DNA from: Rhizophagus irregularis | Lineage: Eukaryota | Assembly: GCF_026210795.1 (NCBI RefSeq) | Contig: NC_089429.1 | Coordinates: forward strand, 1,178,001-1,242,000 | Direction: 5' to 3' | Length of the DNA: 64,000 bases | Shown here: positions 60,436 to 64,000 of the stretch, in pieces | How positions within the stretch are numbered: the first letter of the stretch is position 1 | Layout of the letters: each line of letters opens with the position of its first letter | Position numbers and translations under genes: made by a program | Notes under the pieces: generated by a model | Seen by the model: only the letters and a program-made list of their open reading frames with translations | Database searches by the model: none | Told to the model about the DNA's origin: nothing

Positions 60436-61530
60436 TTAATTCGTGATCCGTCTCAGAACCAGTGAAAGGTACTAATACATATCGGGGAACTATTATAGTA
60501 AATCAATTATTTCTTAAATAATTTTTTCGTGTAAATTTATCAAAATTTTTTTAAATAAAAATGTTTGAAATGTTTAAAAAATATAATAAAATTTTAATAT
60601 AGTCTTTGTAACTGTTGTATCTCTGGGCAAATTCAACATCTATGCATTTTTAAGGGTTAGGGGCTGGAATCTGACGTTGCTAAAGAAAAAATTTTTTAAT
60701 TAATGGTGCTATGACAAAAATATTATTATATTTAAATTTTTGTAATTTTAAGCCATCATTTACATTACTTTTGGATTAAAAATCTTCATATAATTTTAGC
60801 TCAATTCCAATTTCAAATTTAGTTATAATTTGTTATATTTGTAAATATGTGATTTCTCACCATCTAGTGATCCTATAAGGATGAATTATAGCTATTTGGA
60901 ATCCTCTCATCATGATGAATTGAATGGTGGTAATTCTATATCTCTATAATCAATATATAACACAACAATTATGTGCAATTATTTAATATTAACATATTAT
61001 TAACCAGTTATATATCGATGATAGAGATATGAAATTATTACCATTCAATTCTTGATGATGAGAGGATTCCAAAGAGCTATAATTCATCCCTATAGGATCA
61101 CTAGATGGTGAGAAATCACACATTTACAAATATAACAAATTATAACTAAATTTGAAATTGGAATTGAGCTAAAATTATTTGAAGATTTTTAATCCAAAAG
61201 TAATGTAAATGATGGCTTAAAATTACAAAAATTTAAATATAACAATATTTTTGTCATCGCACCATTAATTAAAAAATTTTTTCTTTAGCAACGTCAGATT
61301 CCAGCCCTAACCCTTAATAATGCATAGATGTTGAATTTGCCCAAAGATACAACAGTTACAAAGACTATATTAAAATTTTATTATATTTTTTAAACATTTC
61401 AAACATTTTTATTTAAAAAAATTTTGATAAATTTGCACGAAAAAATTATTTAAGAAATAATAAATCTCTATAATAGTTCCCCGATATATATTAGTACCTT
61501 TCACTGGTTCTGAGGCGGATCACGAATTAA
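60436..61530. mobile_element. ~1.1-kb foldback (palindromic) element
   Basis: Arms of about 525 bp (60436-60961 and 61007-61530) are near-perfect reverse complements around a ~45-nt spacer; TTAATATAG occurs at 60427-60435 and 61527-61535. Confidence 0.9.
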
Positions 61531-61669
61531 TATAGATATTATAATTATTTTATATAATTAATATATTTTATTATTAAATAAAGGAATATTTTGTTAACGA
61601 CTCAACGTGGTATATCACGGGATTGAGCGTTACAAGGTCTATACGTAGTACGCGTAATTTGCGCAGTTT

Positions 61670-63369
61670 ATGATGCCACCTATCCGTTTAAACCATTCAG
61701 AGAAGCCAAAAAGTACTCGACCTGTTATTAGTGTTGAAGTAAAAAAAGAAATTTGTGAATATATAATAGCAAACCCTGACCTCACAAGCAACAGCTGCTA
61801 GAATACCTTTAACTGATATGATATTGTAGCAAAGAGGAAAAGAATTTGCTAAAATGTTGAATATAAAAGAACAGTCAAAGTGCACTAATGGCTGGGTATA
61901 TAGGGTTAAAGTGCGTAATGGTCATCAAAAAGTTAATCTATCAGGAGAAAGCTAACAGTGCTCCACTCAAGACTCTTCCAGAAGAACATTTACGTTTACG
62001 TACTCTTTTAGCTAAATATAATGAAGATATTTACAATGCAGATGAAACAGGACTATTTTTTCGGATGAACCAAAACATACTCTTGGTTCAAGTAAGATTT
62101 CCGGGTGAAAACAAGTAAGAGATTTATATTAAATAATAATTGATCTCTTATTAAAAAATGATTTATCTTGATTAGTGTTGGTCTCCGTAAATAGTTGTAA
62201 GTCCAAAAGTCAAGTAAATATAATTTTTGTAAATCAGAATTACTATCTTTTAGCTAACCACAATAGTGTAGTATTTACCTGTTACAGCCAATTTACAGCT
62301 TACGTTTATAATATTACAACTACTAAAGGTCGTAATTCGATATATAATAATCGTTACTTATGGCAACCAAAGCCGCATTTCAATTCATTTATGTAGTAAT
62401 TCTACAGATTCTCATAAATTTTCACCGCTTGTGATTGGGAAATCAAACACGCTTGTTTTAAAAATATCAACAAGGCTTCTTTTCTTGTAACTTATTATGC
62501 CAATTCCAAAGCATGGATAAGGTCAGATATTTTCGTTGAGTGGCTTCACATCTTGATAACTGGTTTCGTATAATGGATTGATAAAGATAGTTCTGATTTA
62601 AATGAGGATGAAAAAAAAGCAACAAAAAGCCTAATATTAAACTTACTAATATTGAGTTTATTTATCTTCCTCCAAACACGACCGCCCACCTTCAGCAAAT
62701 GGATGCTGGAATTATCCACAGTTTTAAATCCAAGTATAAACGAGAATTTTATAAGCATCTGATTCAACAATTTGATAATGGGATAGATCGAAAAAGTAAA
62801 TGTAAATTTTTTTAATTACTTTTATAAACTTTATTTTATTTGATCATTTAATTTATTTCTAATTATAAAATTATTAAAATTATTATAATCAAAAATTAAT
62901 AAATGTTTCAGAATATATAGCTGAAGCGTGGGAAAATGTTACTCCAACAACCATTCAGGTATACTTCCAGCTTCCGATTTTCTTGTCAATATGCAAGATT
63001 TTGAAATAGATAATGAATCAGATGAATTAGATGGAATTAATATTGGTTGTTTGCCAGAAGTTGATGAATTACGAGAATATCTCCGAATACTTTGTCAAGA
63101 TATTCCGACTGTAGAACAACCCAATGATGAACAAATCATTAATTTGTTGCAGAATGAAGACGAAAGTGATGATGATAGTTCAGATGAAGACGTACTGCTA
63201 GTATCAGAAAAACAAGTTGATGCATTAAAAATATTTATTAATTATTTTGAGCAACAAGAATTTTAACGTTGATAATTTACGTATTTTTCAAAAATATTTG
63301 AGAATGGCTAGAATTAGAGAGATAAATTTGAAAAAACAAAGCACTCTATATGTTTTTTTAGAAAATAGT
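61670..63369 (+). pseudogene. pogo/Tigger (CENP-B-like) transposase pseudogene
   Basis: KKEICEY, IYNADETGLFFRM, PLVIGKS, TYYANSKAWIRSDIFVEWL, YLPPNTTAHLQQMDAGII, with frameshifts; a TIR-like end ...GAGGGGCTAACTG|TA at 63590. Confidence 0.85.
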
Positions 63370-64000
63370 ATCAAATCGTTTATTTTAGTAATTAATATCG
63401 TTACAATATAATATAATCATCAGGAATAGGTAATATAATAGTAATAAAGGAGTTTCGTTACGCAAAATGCAAATACATTTTTTGTGATCGATAGGCGGAA
63501 GATTAAATATATATATTCATTTGAACATTAAAAATTTATATATAATCACATCACTCAAATGTGTGACTATATGAATAGAGGGGCTAACTGTATTCGCAAC
63601 TACAATCCAAGTACGAATTTGACTCAATACCCAAATCTTCGACGCCCTCAAATGTCAAGATGACACCTTCTCCAAGTGATGATGAATCATCTCCCAAAAA
63701 CAAACGTATGAAACAAACCATCACCTATAGAGTGATAATCAGATTATGGAGTGATTATTTAGATCATAGAGTGGTAATCAGATTATATGGTTGTACCATA
63801 ACTAGTCTAAGTGGACTCCGTTATTAGTTTTTTAAAATGCAACTATACTATATAAATCTCGTGCAAATTAAATATATTACATAACTGTTAAACAATGTAA
63901 AATAAATATTTCATCATCACCCGACAATTCGTTATCGTTGGCTAATGTACACAAGGTTTTTGGTGTAACCATATTTGTTGTTGCGAAAGCAATTATTTAT

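Noticed and set aside
60651..60664. TAAGGGTTAGGG as a telomere or interstitial telomeric array
   Set aside because: Only about two degenerate units, inside the foldback arms.
62175..62370. Possible MITE within the pogo pseudogene
   Set aside because: The terminal match (TGGTCTCCGTAAATA versus TGGTTGCCATAAGTA) is weak and no TSD is evident.

Overview
Very AT-rich, intron-containing eukaryotic DNA. The gene families (MACSKIFSGDLPEL-type F-box/LRR proteins, tyrosine-kinase-like kinases with DLG/HRDLHxGN motifs, BTB protein) point to an arbuscular mycorrhizal fungus, most likely Rhizophagus (inference). The window is a repeat-rich accessory region. It holds four intact F-box/LRR genes plus one disrupted copy, two intact spliced TKL kinases plus decayed copies, and pseudogenes of a BTB protein, a cytochrome P450 and an isoleucyl-tRNA synthetase. 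Mobile DNA is abundant: an apparently intact Tc1 (DD34E) element, MULE, hAT-like, CCC-terminal and pogo elements, LINE-type insertions with target-site duplications (TSDs) and a 1.1-kb foldback palindrome. Three highlights: (1) five ORF fragments at 50650-56619 splice by hand into one ~1829-aa protein with the order kinase, MLKL-like helical bundle, MACPF-like region, LRR, coiled coil, a candidate immune or cell-death protein; (2) two A-tailed, TSD-flanked retroposons carry a single non-RT ORF each, sit inside non-autonomous DNA transposons and share a 12-nt 5' motif; (3) an ~800-nt densely base-paired non-coding segment at 20310-21120 contains a duplicated self-closing domain. Domain calls come from motif recognition by eye, not database searches.
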